A DNA stretch of 64,000 nt from an uncultured delta proteobacterium (GCA_963733195.1 CAVTCR010000005.1:17132-81131); one strand, 5' to 3'; shown: positions 29,122-39,430, counted from the first letter of the stretch. The notes: a model not told the origin generated them from the sequence alone. Numbers and translations: made by a program.

Positions 29122-32100
29122 GACTGTTCTGATGATAGGCTCTCAAGGAGTGCCCGCGCATCTTTGAGGTCCGGCGTATCAAACCCTTCGGTAAACCAAC
29201 TATAAATATCCGACAACATTTTGTGAGCCTTCTTTCCTTTCCCCTGCTGATGCCATAAACGCGCCAATCCGATTGTTGCTCGGAGTTCAATTGACTTTGC
29301 ATTTTGTCGTCGAGCAATTTCTACTGCTCTGTAGAAACATTCTTCCGCCTCGACTACCTTACCTTGGCGTCCCGACTGCAAGATCAGCCCACCTTTGATA
29401 AAATGCAGAAGCCCTTCCCAACCACGCTGGCCACCCTCTTGGGAGATTACCAATGCCTCAGCGATCTTCTGCAATCCTTCGTCGATTCGTCCAGCGGCCC
29501 CATAGAGTCCAGCCAACACGGCCAAATTTCCCGTTTGCACGACTCCAGCACCGGTTGCCTCATACGTCGTCATACTCTGAAAGATCTTCGTAATCCCTTC
29601 TTCATACCTTCCCAGGTTGGCAAGTGCGAACCCGAGATTAAACACTGCTAGTGCTCCCCAAAAGGGGAGACTCTGCTCGTCAGTCAAGCTGATGGCAACC
29701 TCAGCTCGCTCTAACCCAGCTTGCCACTCGCGACAGGTATTGCGAAGATTCGCTGCAAAAGCGAGAGCAAGGGCAAGCGTATTTGCATGCCCTAACTCTT
29801 GGGCTAACGCTATAGCGTCTTCACTTCTTATACGCGCCTGGTCGGGGTATCCCAGCATCCACAGACTCAATGCCGCGAAACTCAACGCCGCTACTCCGGG
29901 GTCTTGACCGGAAACAAAGGCGAGTTTCTGATGACACTCACGGTCATACAGAGTGATGACCTGTTTCGAGTGAAAATGGGCAGTAGAGAACTCACCGAGG
30001 AAGTGAAGCACGTTTCCCAACATGCGGTGAGCCTCAAGCAACAAGGCAGGTTCTCCTACACCCTCAGCAAGTCGAAGACACTGCTCGGCCAGAGTGCGAG
30101 CCGTCTGGAGTTTTCCTCGCACGAGATAAAACGAAAACAATCCTCCGAGAACGGAAAGGAGTTGCGGCGTCTCTCCAATGCGTTGACACAACTCATGAGC
30201 GCGAGCGTAGGTGAGTTCTACCTCTGGCGCGGCGTACCCTTTCGTCGCCATAAGCGCAACGCCCATCATCGTTTGTAGAGTCAATTCAAGTTGGATTCGC
30301 TCATCGTTCTCAGGAAGTTCGTGCAAGAGGGCTAACGCTTGCCTGAGGTGATTGATGGCTTCGGTATTCGCCGAACGCTGGATAGCAGCCTGCCCTGCCT
30401 TCTGCCAGTAGGCCACGGCCTGAGGAATAAGGCCTGACTCGGTATAGTGGTGCGCGAGGAGTTCGGGCTCAGTGTCTTTCGTTTCTGGAAATCGTTCTTC
30501 AAGCGTATAGGCAATTCGTTGATGGTAGTGCTGTCGCCTACTCTTCAGCAATGATTGATATGCCGCATCTTGGATCAGCGCATGCTTGAATACATACTGG
30601 GATTCTCGTCCGATCCCACGCGGGTACAGAACCTCGGCTTCTACCAATTTCGCGAGGGCTTGAGGGAGGTTGAGTTCACCACGTGGCAAGATTTCCTTAA
30701 TCAGCTCATACGAAAATTCTCTGCCACAGGTTGCCCCGATCTGAGCAACTTCTCGCGCTGCCCCTAATCGGTCAAGCCGAGCAAACAAAGAGTCTTGCAA
30801 AGTTGCTGGAATCGCCAAAGGTGGTAGTCCTCCAGTCAGGACATAGTCTCCATCTTTCTCTTGTAACAACCCTGATTCCAGCATCATCTTGGTCGACTCT
30901 TCGACGAAGAGCGGCACTCCATCTGTTTTGGCCACTATCTGCTCGAGAACCTCAACGGGTATCTTCTTCCCCTGCACGACCTTCTCGATCATTACCTCAA
31001 CATCTTTGCTCGTGAGGCGGCTTAACGTCAGCGGCCGCAAATGAGAGCGATTGGGCCAGGGGGGAATAAACTCTGGACGGAAGGTCAGTACGACCAAGAG
31101 GGGTGTGGTGACAACTTGTTCAATTAAGCGCCCTAACCATTCGACGGTTGATGGGTCAGCCCAATGCAGATCCTCCCACACCGAGAGGATGGGTTGACGT
31201 TCAGCACTCTTGAGGAGCCACATCAGCATCGCGTGTTGAGTTCTCTCACGTTGTTTCTGTGGAGTGAGATCAGGAAGGGTAAACCGCCCAGTGGGGAGTG
31301 AAAGAAGCACTGCAAAAAATGGGAGAGTGCTCGGCAGATCCATTCCGGAGTGCACAAGCGCACGTTCCAATTTTGCAAGCTGCGCATCCGGTGGATCTTC
31401 GCGTCGCAACGACAAGCTGCGATGTAAAAATTCGATCATGGGATGAAGGGTGCTGTTTTGATGATACGAGGAACATCGTGCCTCCAACCGCAGAGCAGTG
31501 GTCGGATCAATGCGCTCCTTGAGCATATGAATCAGGCGGGACTTGCCGATGCCAGCTTCGCCACTTAATAAAACGACTTGCCCATGCCCCTCCTGCGCTT
31601 GTTCCCAGCTTTTGAACAGAAACTCGATTTCCTCGTTGCGACCGACGACCGGGGTCAGATGGGCAGGAGCGAGAAATTCTAAGCGATGACGCGCACTGCT
31701 TTGCCCCAGAACCTGGTAGACGTCTACGGGTTGAGCAAGGCCTTTGAGTGCTTGCTCCCCAAGTGGTCGGCAGACAAAGTAGCCCGCAACTAAGCGATGC
31801 GTCACCCGACTAAGGACAATGGTGTCAGGATCGGCGATGCCTTGGAGTCGAGCCGCAACATTTGGCGTTTCGCCCAGCGCAAGTTGTTCGTATCGACTAC
31901 CACCACCAACTTCCCCAATCACGACTAATCCCGTATGGATGCCAATCCGTGCGTGGAGCGGACGTTGTTCTAATTGGGGAACTCCGGTGAGGCGAAAACT
32001 CTGCTTCCGTAGGCCTTGGAGAATCTCTAATCCAGCTAACACTGAGCGTTGGGCATCATCTTCGTGTGCGGTCGGATAGCCAAAGTAGGCCAATACTCCA

Positions 32101-32588
32101 TCACCAAGATATTGGGCAATATATCCTTCGTATCGCTCGATGATCTTCGCACACACTTCTTGATATTGCTGGACTACGAATCGTAACTCTTCCGGATCAA
32201 GCTGCGACGACAAAGCGGTTGATCCAACCAGATCGCAAAACATCACAGTTAGTTGGCGACGTTCGCCCGAGGCGAGTCCAGCGTCCGGAGTCCGGTGTCT
32301 GATGTCCAAAGTTCGAGGATCGGAGGTCTGTGGACTGGGGGTACTCAGCGTTAAACTTTCTTCTCCGTTTCCCCGTTTCCCCGTTTCCCCGTTTTGCCTT
32401 TGTCCTACCCACACCAGTATCTTACCATCTTCATCAGCCGCTAAATGCTGAGCATCGATGAGTTCGTCTTTGAGATCTTGGAGGTAGTCGTCATCGAGCG
32501 AGTAGCGTCGTTTTAGCGCACCGTACGAGACTCGACCTTGGCGTTGCAGTAGCTCGGTAACTTGCGTGAGGATTTCGTCGAAGTTCAT
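29118..32588 (-). CDS. Class III nucleotide cyclase + AAA/STAND ATPase + TPR protein (catalytic motifs intact)
   Basis: FCDLVGST, LGDG, GETPNVAARL, GEAGIGKS, EDLHWAD, FTEGFDT. Confidence 0.92.
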   Translation of the reverse strand: MNFDEILTQVTELLQRQGRVSYGALKRRYSLDDDYLQDLKDELIDAQHLAADEDGKILVWVGQRQNGETGKRGNGEESLTLSTPSPQTSDPRTLDIRHRTPDAGLASGERRQLTVMFCDLVGSTALSSQLDPEELRFVVQQYQEVCAKIIERYEGYIAQYLGDGVLAYFGYPTAHEDDAQRSVLAGLEILQGLRKQSFRLTGVPQLEQRPLHARIGIHTGLVVIGEVGGGSRYEQLALGETPNVAARLQGIADPDTIVLSRVTHRLVAGYFVCRPLGEQALKGLAQPVDVYQVLGQSSARHRLEFLAPAHLTPVVGRNEEIEFLFKSWEQAQEGHGQVVLLSGEAGIGKSRLIHMLKERIDPTTALRLEARCSSYHQNSTLHPMIEFLHRSLSLRREDPPDAQLAKLERALVHSGMDLPSTLPFFAVLLSLPTGRFTLPDLTPQKQRERTQHAMLMWLLKSAERQPILSVWEDLHWADPSTVEWLGRLIEQVVTTPLLVVLTFRPEFIPPWPNRSHLRPLTLSRLTSKDVEVMIEKVVQGKKIPVEVLEQIVAKTDGVPLFVEESTKMMLESGLLQEKDGDYVLTGGLPPLAIPATLQDSLFARLDRLGAAREVAQIGATCGREFSYELIKEILPRGELNLPQALAKLVEAEVLYPRGIGRESQYVFKHALIQDAAYQSLLKSRRQHYHQRIAYTLEERFPETKDTEPELLAHHYTESGLIPQAVAYWQKAGQAAIQRSANTEAINHLRQALALLHELPENDERIQLELTLQTMMGVALMATKGYAAPEVELTYARAHELCQRIGETPQLLSVLGGLFSFYLVRGKLQTARTLAEQCLRLAEGVGEPALLLEAHRMLGNVLHFLGEFSTAHFHSKQVITLYDRECHQKLAFVSGQDPGVAALSFAALSLWMLGYPDQARIRSEDAIALAQELGHANTLALALAFAANLRNTCREWQAGLERAEVAISLTDEQSLPFWGALAVFNLGFALANLGRYEEGITKIFQSMTTYEATGAGVVQTGNLAVLAGLYGAAGRIDEGLQKIAEALVISQEGGQRGWEGLLHFIKGGLILQSGRQGKVVEAEECFYRAVEIARRQNAKSIELRATIGLARLWHQQGKGKKAHKMLSDIYSWFTEGFDTPDLKDARALLESLSSEQS

Positions 32589-32646
32589 AGGAATTGTGCT
32601 GTTTGCTCGTTAATTCACTTCTTTATTGACTCAGTGATTTACTCTC

Positions 32647-35600
32647 TCAATGGCTTAATTCCCCTAACAGGGTTTTTGCTTCTTGCAAGTCCAGCGTGTC
32701 AAATCCTTCAGTAAACCACCGGTAACTCTCTGCTAAAAGTTTTCGGGCTTCAGACTCTTTCCCCTGCTTTTGCCATAACCGACACAAACTCATTGTCGCA
32801 CGGAGTTCCCACGACTTCGCATGCTGTTGACGCGCTATCTCGATAGCCTTGTGAAAACACGATTCGGCTTCGGTTTGGGGGTCGGGGGTTAGGGGTCGGG
32901 AATCGGTATTTTGAAACTTTGAACTTTGAACTTTGAACTTTAGGTCCTCTTCTTTTGATTTTGGACCTTGAACCTTGGACTCTGGACTGTCCTCCACTTG
33001 AAACTTGGAACTTGGAACTTGAAACTTTTGCAGCAGGAGTTCCCCCTTGAGCCGATACAGTTCCGCCGCAAATGCCTGCTCTCCTCTTTTCTGCACTCCC
33101 TCAAATGCTTCCGCAATTACGGCGAGTCCCTCAGAAGTCTTCCCACCCTTGCCGTAGGTCTCCGCTAGCATCAATAGGAACCACGACTGCACCAATTCGG
33201 CTCCCATCACCCGAACGACCCCGAGTCCTTGTTGAATTTGGACGGTCCCTTCTTCTGGGTTCGCTTGTTGGCTTAAGGCCCACCCCCGCAAGATCACCCC
33301 ATAGGCTGCCCAGAGGGAAAATCCCTGCTCGGTCGCAAGGGTAACTGCCTGTTCGGCATACGGCAACGCTACTAATTCTTCTCGACGGAGGATTCGTACC
33401 CCGCACATAAACACATCCGCAATCACCTGACTCAGTGGACGGCCAAAGCGATCAGCCAACGCCAGGGCCTCTTCACTCTTCTGTACTGCGCGATCGGCAT
33501 AGCCAAGGCACCATAACGTCCAGGCAAGAAGAGAAGGCAACGCATTAACCCCAGGGTCGTGGAATGTACGTGGTGGACTGAGTGGTAACGCGCCCTTCTG
33601 TAAGGCCATTCCCTGCAACAGATGCTCCTGCGCTTGCAAGAAATCTCCTTGGTAAAACAAGACATTCGCGAGCATAACCCGCGCCTGTAAGAGCCGTGAC
33701 GGATTGTCTTCTTGTTGAGCGAGGGAGAGGCACTGTTCTCCAAGTTGACGAGCGGTCTGGAGTTCGCCGCGAGTCAGATAAAAAAGCGCGAGCCCCGAGA
33801 GCACTTGAAAGCGCCGCGGAGTTTCCCCGACACGGTGGCACAGTTCTAAGGCTTGAGCGTAGGTCTTCTCGACATCTGGAGCAGAGTAGCCATGAAGGGT
33901 CATGAGCGTCGGTCCGAGTAGCGCATACAAATGCAGCTCCTGCTGATCACGGGCAGGTGTCTCGGGCAAGGTCTTGAGCACTGCCAATCCCTTGTCGAGG
34001 TGCTTAGTTGCTTCAACAAAAGCTGACTGTTCAATCGCATTCTGCCCCGCCTTTTGCCAGGCAGGGAGCGCACGTGCCGCAACTCCTGCTTCTGTGTAAT
34101 GATGGGCAATAAGCTCAGGCTGCATCGTTTTGGTGTCTGGGAATCGTTCTTCCAAGATACGGGCAATTTGTTGATGATATTGCTGACGCCTGCCCGTCAA
34201 CAATGATTGATAGGCGGCATCTTGAATGAGGGCATGCTTAAAGACGTAACGGGTTCGTGGGGCAACCCCACGACGATAAAGGACTTCCGCGGCAACCAGT
34301 TTCTCTAGCGCGAGTTGTAACGTCTGCTCATCGCCTCCTACAACGGCGTGCAATACTTCTGGGGCAAACTCACGTCCCAATACGGCACCGACCTGAGCAA
34401 TTTCCCGTGCCGCGGCTAAGCGGTCCAGACGGGCAAATAAAGAATCCTGTAAGGTCGTTGGAATTGCCAGCGGTGGCAGTGGGCCAAGTAAATGATACAC
34501 TTCCCCCTCTTCTTTCACCAATCCTGATTCCAGTACCATCTTGGTGAGCTCTTCGACAAACAAAGGAACACCGTCAGTTCTATTCACGATCTGTTCTGTT
34601 ACTTCATGAGGCAGGGTCTTTCCTTTGGCAACATTCTCGACCATCGCTTCCGCATGCCGAAACCCCAATCGTCCAAGCATGAGCGAGGTGACGTGAGAAC
34701 GCGGCGGCCACGGTAGCGTAAATTCCGGGCGAAACGTGAAGACTGCCAGGATGCGGGCGGTCGGCAACTGTTCCATCAGAAGTTGTAAGAGTGCCAGGGT
34801 TGAGGGATCAGCCCAATGCAAGTCTTCCCATATAGTCAGAACAGGTTTGTGCTTAGCCAGCGACAGAAACCAAGATACAATTACGCTCAACAGTTTCTCA
34901 CGCTGCCGCTGCGGTGCTAGATTGGTGTAGGCACCGAGAGGAAAAGGAAGAGAGAGTAAATTCGCAAACAGAGGGACCGCATCTTCAAGATGCGCACGGG
35001 CTAGTACTCGCTCAAGTTTCTGCCGTTTTGCCTCTCCGGTTTCTTCCCGACCGAACTGTAAAGAGCGCTGGATATAGTCAATCACCGGATAGAATGCGCT
35101 CTGTTGATAATAAGGCGAACAGCGGGTTTCGATGCAGATACTCGGTTCGCGCACCAATTGTTCTTTGAGTTCTTGTATGAGGCGAGACTTGCCAATCCCT
35201 GCCTCACCACTCACCAAGATAACCTGTCCACGGCCTTCCTGCACTTGCTCCCAGTGTTTGCGCAATAGGTTGCTTTCTTCTTCTCTGCCAATAAACGGTG
35301 TCAAACCCGCCATTGTCGCTGCTTCTAACCGATGACGCGCCCCACTTTCACTCAACACGAGATAGCTTTCGACAGGCTCTGACTGATCTTGGAGCACTTG
35401 CAGACCAAGCGGGCGGCAGGTGAAATAGCCGGCAACCAGATGGTACGTTGCAGCACCTAGTACAACCGTATTCGGCTCAGCTATCGCTAGTAAATGAACA
35501 GCAATTTGTGGGGTCGGACCGAGCGCTAACGGTTCGCGTCGGCTTTGATCATCGGTGGCGCCAAAAATCATGGGTCCCGTATGAATGCCCACACGGACCT

Positions 35601-36258
35601 GTACAGACGAAACTGCAGCAATAGGCCAATAATCCAACCGCTGAACGGCGCGAACGATCTCCAAGCCTGCCTGTACTGCGCGTCGTGCGTCATCTTCATG
35701 TGCTCTGGGGTACCCCCAATAGATTATCAGTCCATCGCCGAGAGACTGCGCAAGGTATCCTTCGTAGCGGCCGATGATTTCCTCACAGGTTCGTTGTGCA
35801 ACAAGCAATGCCTCATGCCAATCCTCTGGGTCTGGTTGCTCCTCTGTAGAAGGGGTTCTGCCGAGTTCACAGAACATCACCGTAAGCTGACGGCGTTCGC
35901 CGTTGCTCTGTCCAGGGTCCAGGGCCCGGGGTCCAGAGTCTGAAAACTGTGAATCAGCAGGGTCTAGAGTCTGACGTCTAGTGTCTCTTGGGAGATGTAG
36001 AAAGTCCAAAGTCTGTGGGACTGTAGACTCTGGACTTTGGACTCTGGACTGAGATTCCCCATTTATCTCGTCCCTAATCCAAACAAGCACCTTCCCACCT
36101 TCATCCGCAGCGATACGTTGTGCGTCGATCAGCTCGGTCTTTATGTCATGCAGATAATCATCATCCAGGTCAAAGCGCCGCTTCAGCGCACCATAAGAGA
36201 CGCGACCTTGGCGCTGGAGGAGCGCGATCACTTGAGAGAGAAGTTCGTCAAAGCGCAT
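32647..36258 (-). CDS. Paralogous cyclase-AAA-TPR protein with degenerate cyclase site
   Basis: FCELGRTP, LGDG, GPTPQIAVHL; GEAGIGKS and EDLHWAD intact. Confidence 0.9.
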   Translation of the reverse strand: MRFDELLSQVIALLQRQGRVSYGALKRRFDLDDDYLHDIKTELIDAQRIAADEGGKVLVWIRDEINGESQSRVQSPESTVPQTLDFLHLPRDTRRQTLDPADSQFSDSGPRALDPGQSNGERRQLTVMFCELGRTPSTEEQPDPEDWHEALLVAQRTCEEIIGRYEGYLAQSLGDGLIIYWGYPRAHEDDARRAVQAGLEIVRAVQRLDYWPIAAVSSVQVRVGIHTGPMIFGATDDQSRREPLALGPTPQIAVHLLAIAEPNTVVLGAATYHLVAGYFTCRPLGLQVLQDQSEPVESYLVLSESGARHRLEAATMAGLTPFIGREEESNLLRKHWEQVQEGRGQVILVSGEAGIGKSRLIQELKEQLVREPSICIETRCSPYYQQSAFYPVIDYIQRSLQFGREETGEAKRQKLERVLARAHLEDAVPLFANLLSLPFPLGAYTNLAPQRQREKLLSVIVSWFLSLAKHKPVLTIWEDLHWADPSTLALLQLLMEQLPTARILAVFTFRPEFTLPWPPRSHVTSLMLGRLGFRHAEAMVENVAKGKTLPHEVTEQIVNRTDGVPLFVEELTKMVLESGLVKEEGEVYHLLGPLPPLAIPTTLQDSLFARLDRLAAAREIAQVGAVLGREFAPEVLHAVVGGDEQTLQLALEKLVAAEVLYRRGVAPRTRYVFKHALIQDAAYQSLLTGRRQQYHQQIARILEERFPDTKTMQPELIAHHYTEAGVAARALPAWQKAGQNAIEQSAFVEATKHLDKGLAVLKTLPETPARDQQELHLYALLGPTLMTLHGYSAPDVEKTYAQALELCHRVGETPRRFQVLSGLALFYLTRGELQTARQLGEQCLSLAQQEDNPSRLLQARVMLANVLFYQGDFLQAQEHLLQGMALQKGALPLSPPRTFHDPGVNALPSLLAWTLWCLGYADRAVQKSEEALALADRFGRPLSQVIADVFMCGVRILRREELVALPYAEQAVTLATEQGFSLWAAYGVILRGWALSQQANPEEGTVQIQQGLGVVRVMGAELVQSWFLLMLAETYGKGGKTSEGLAVIAEAFEGVQKRGEQAFAAELYRLKGELLLQKFQVPSSKFQVEDSPESKVQGPKSKEEDLKFKVQSSKFQNTDSRPLTPDPQTEAESCFHKAIEIARQQHAKSWELRATMSLCRLWQKQGKESEARKLLAESYRWFTEGFDTLDLQEAKTLLGELSH
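32875..33030. repeat. In-frame heptamer tandem repeats (TTTGAAC/TTGGAAC/GGGGTYR)
   Basis: Translates to KFQVPSSKFQV..KFKVQSSKFQ..PLTPDP. Confidence 0.85.
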
Positions 36259-36422
36259 ATGTCTTACATCATTTTCTCATTGAATCATTTATTCATCGAA
36301 TCATTGAAGCAATGCTTCGATCTCTCAATGGTTCAATTACGTCGGACATCTAGGTTGACTGATTCCGTCGTTGGGAAAAGAATGCCAGTCAGTCAAGAAC
36401 TTGCAACAGGGGGGAGAACCCG

Positions 36423-37418
36423 ATGGCTAGGATTGGTGTCGCATTTGCAGGGGGGCTGTCGCCGTCAGAGATGGTCGAGTGCGTCAAACTGGCCGAAGAT
36501 CTCGGCTATGAGTCGGCATGGATAGCCGAAGGGCATGGTGGCGACCAGTTTTCTATTCTCACGGCCTGTGCCGTGCAAACGAAACGTATCTTGTTAGGTA
36601 CAAGCATCAGTAGCATCTTTGTTCGCAGTGCACCAACGATCGCGATGGCAGCGGCCAGCGTTGATTACTTCTCCAACCAACGCATGATCCTGGGCCTCGG
36701 TTCGAGTCATAAAGTGCAGGTCGAACCCGAGCATGGGATTGCGTATGCGAAGCCAGAGCAACGCATGAAAGAGACGGTTTCGATCATTCGCACGCTCCTA
36801 CGGGACGGAGTCGTATCTCACAAAGGCGAAACGATTGCGATCGAGAATTTTGACTTGTGGTTTGCGCCGGTCCGCCGCGAAATCCCGATCTACATTTCGG
36901 CGGTGTTTCCCCGCATGTTGGAAATCTGTGGCGAACTCGCGCAAGGCGCGATGATGGTCTGGAGCACGACTGATTCAGGAAACAAAGCAACGGAGCATGT
37001 CGCCACCGGCGCACGTCGAGTAGGCCGCCGCCCTGAAGATATCGATATTGTCTCGCTGTTGTCGTGTAGCGTTTCGGATAATCGCAAAGAGGCGATCGAC
37101 CGGGTACGGCCTGCCGCCGCGTTCTACGCTGGCTTTTTTCCACGCTACAATCGCCTGATGGCCGAGAGCGGATTTCCTAAAGAAGCCGAAGCGATTCGTG
37201 CGACTTGGAAAAAAGGAGATCGCGAAGGTGCGGCAAAACTAGTTCCCGATGCCATGGTGCAAGCGTTAGGCATCGCCGGTACTGCGGCTGAATGCCGCGA
37301 CCGAGTTGAGGCGTATCGTCAATCAGGGATTAAGCTGCCGATTATTTTCCCGGTCGGTGGTGGACCAGATGGAAAACTAAAAGTGATGGACGCAATTCGA
37401 GCGTGTGCGCCAGCATAA
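36423..37418 (+). CDS. LLM class flavin/F420-dependent oxidoreductase
   Basis: AEDLGYESAWIAEG, LGLGSSH, IPIYI. Confidence 0.88.
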   Translation: MARIGVAFAGGLSPSEMVECVKLAEDLGYESAWIAEGHGGDQFSILTACAVQTKRILLGTSISSIFVRSAPTIAMAAASVDYFSNQRMILGLGSSHKVQVEPEHGIAYAKPEQRMKETVSIIRTLLRDGVVSHKGETIAIENFDLWFAPVRREIPIYISAVFPRMLEICGELAQGAMMVWSTTDSGNKATEHVATGARRVGRRPEDIDIVSLLSCSVSDNRKEAIDRVRPAAAFYAGFFPRYNRLMAESGFPKEAEAIRATWKKGDREGAAKLVPDAMVQALGIAGTAAECRDRVEAYRQSGIKLPIIFPVGGGPDGKLKVMDAIRACAPA

Positions 37419-37423
37419 ACGAT

Positions 37424-37572
37424 AAATGCTGAATGAGGAACGAGGAATAAAGAAGAAAAGACAGAACATCGAAAGAGAGTGAGCGTAGCAGTTTTTTTCT
37501 CTTACTCTTTACTTCTTCTCTTCTGACTGCTTTTCCCCCATTCATCATTCTGCATTCATCATTCATCATTTT
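37424..37572. repeat. Intergenic heptamer repeats (TTCATCA and inverse)
   Basis: AATGCTGAATGAGGAACGAGG ... TTCATCATTCTGCATTCATCATTCATCATT. Confidence 0.7.
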
Positions 37573-37587
37573 TTTAACGGAGGATGT

Positions 37588-38106
37588 ATGAAAAACGTAC
37601 ACGTTTCCAAAGCTGAGATGCTCAAACGTACGGCACGATTCAATGAGCTGCGGTCCAGTACCAAAGCGTTTATTGATAGTAAGATCCCTGGTCATGAACG
37701 CGAGATTTTCAACGTCATTGGCCGCGGGGTGACTGAAGATACGACGCTTAATCCTGCGATCACTGACGCTCGTGATTTCAACCTAACCTACATTCGTGCT
37801 GAGCCTGGCAAAGGTGCAGCCCTGCATGCGCACACGACGGTTGAGGTGTTTGTTGCGCTCTCTGGCGAGTGGGGAATTTATTGGGGTGATGATGGTGAAC
37901 AAGAAATCATTCTTAAACAGTGGGATACGGTCTCAGTACCACCAGGAGTAATGCGCGGTTTCCGTAATGCGGGAAAAGAATCAGGCCTCCTGATGGCGAT
38001 TCTCGGTGGCACTGACGCCGGGCATGTCAGTTGGACTCCCAAAGTACTTGAGCAAGCACGGGCAACCGGTTTGAAGCTTGATGAGCAGGGAAATTTGATA
38101 CAGTAG
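37588..38106 (+). CDS. Cupin domain protein
   Basis: PGKGAALHAHTTVEVF, VPPGVMRGFRN. Confidence 0.85.
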   Translation: MKNVHVSKAEMLKRTARFNELRSSTKAFIDSKIPGHEREIFNVIGRGVTEDTTLNPAITDARDFNLTYIRAEPGKGAALHAHTTVEVFVALSGEWGIYWGDDGEQEIILKQWDTVSVPPGVMRGFRNAGKESGLLMAILGGTDAGHVSWTPKVLEQARATGLKLDEQGNLIQ

Positions 38107-38128
38107 GTTTCTTCTCTGAGATGCTTTC

Positions 38129-38157
38129 GTAAGGGCACGGCACGCCGTGCCCTTTAC
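38129..38157. repeat. GTAG-type REP-like palindrome
   Basis: GTAAGGGCACGGCACGCCGTGCCCTTTAC; a degenerate relative at 23582-23613. Confidence 0.65.
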
Positions 38158-38284
38158 TTCAATCCTAGATCTCACCGAAGTTTATCCTACGTATCCGATC
38201 CATTCGTAAGGCAAAAAACGGAAACCCGGCAGGCGCAGCCTGGCCTACGACTCCGAGACTCTTTTCCATTCATCATTTTTCCTC

Positions 38285-38953
38285 TCACACCATCTCTGCC
38301 CGTCCCCACAGGAATGCGAGTGCCGTTGCACCATTCTTACTTGTCACCGTGTGTGTGCAACCATTTGGTCGGTAACTGAGGTTACCCGTCGGTACTTCTC
38401 CTGCTTCGTCTGCATTTGCTCCTTCAAGCAGAAAGATGAGTTCGTCTCCAATATGACGGTGGAGTGGTAACAACGCTCCCGGTTCGAATCGTCCTAACGT
38501 CGCTCGTCGTTGCCCGGCCTGATCTTCCCAGATAAGTTTCTGCCGAATTCCGGGGCGTGCTTCTTTCCAGGAAATATCACTGAGCGTGAATATTTGTGAA
38601 CGGGGGGCGTTGCCAATCTCCTTCGTGGGCTCAACCCCGCCCGTAATGACCGCCAACACCGTTGCTCCGGTTTTGGTTGATACCGTATGCGCACATCCGT
38701 CGGGTCGATACCCCATATTTCCTGCTGTTACCGTTCCAGACTCATCCGACAATGTTCCTTCGATAACATACACCAGCTCATCACCCACATGCCGATGTAG
38801 TGGCAATTGCGCCCCTGGCTCAATCTTACTGATAAGCGCTCTGCGCTTGGTTGCCTCGTCAGCCCAGAGGTGCTTCATGCGGACACCGGGTTGCATCTCC
38901 TGCCATTCTCGGTCGTGGACGGTGATCAGTTGTGATAATGGACTCGTCGCCAT
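38285..38953 (-). CDS. Tandem ChrR-like (cupin_7) domain protein
   Basis: Two copies of EPGAxLPLHRHxGDELxxxxEG..YRPxGCxHTV. Confidence 0.85.
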   Translation of the reverse strand: MATSPLSQLITVHDREWQEMQPGVRMKHLWADEATKRRALISKIEPGAQLPLHRHVGDELVYVIEGTLSDESGTVTAGNMGYRPDGCAHTVSTKTGATVLAVITGGVEPTKEIGNAPRSQIFTLSDISWKEARPGIRQKLIWEDQAGQRRATLGRFEPGALLPLHRHIGDELIFLLEGANADEAGEVPTGNLSYRPNGCTHTVTSKNGATALAFLWGRAEMV

Positions 38954-39183
38954 AGCGTGTCCCTCCTTTTATTCCGCCGTTCTTGTTCGGTGCTGGATTA
39001 TGGAATTAGGATCAGGGTTTACATTAACATCTCTACACCCTTCGGCTTCATAATTGTCAAGTCCAATGTGTGATTGCAAGACCTGATCCCCGTACCCGTT
39101 CATTCCAAACCGCAAGCGGACGGCTACCCCGTCCCCGCGCGATGCATCCGTCTGCCCGCTTGACATCGGCGGCCTCATAAGTG

Positions 39184-39381
39184 TTAGGCCGCGACTTGCT
39201 CATAGGAAAAATAGGGAATGTCAGCACGATCACGCGCATGCTCGATGGTGAGGCCGCAAATGTTCCCGTCCTGGTCCAGGTCAAGCAGCGTGTTCTCATC
39301 AAGATCTTTGGTCTCGGCCACCTCAACCGTAAGAAACTCAATGTACAGCGTGTCGGTCTCTTGAAAATATTTGATCTTCAC
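39184..39381 (-). CDS. DUF2283 family protein (putative antitoxin)
   Basis: MKIKYFQETDTLYIEF..LLDLDQDGNICGLTIEHA. Confidence 0.85.
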   Translation of the reverse strand: MKIKYFQETDTLYIEFLTVEVAETKDLDENTLLDLDQDGNICGLTIEHARDRADIPYFSYEQVAA

Positions 39382-39430
39382 GGCGTAAATCTCCGATCAA
39401 AGAAGGCATTGTGGACAGTGTCTTCGCCTC
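39378..39430 (-). pseudogene. C-terminal remnant of a DUF2283 partner (toxin-like) gene
   Basis: GEDTVHNAFFDRRFTP* with GTGA overlap; no 5' part. Confidence 0.6.

Noticed and set aside
32875-33030. CRISPR array or DGR-like variable region
   Set aside because: Units are 7-mers without spacers; no cas or reverse transcriptase gene in the window.
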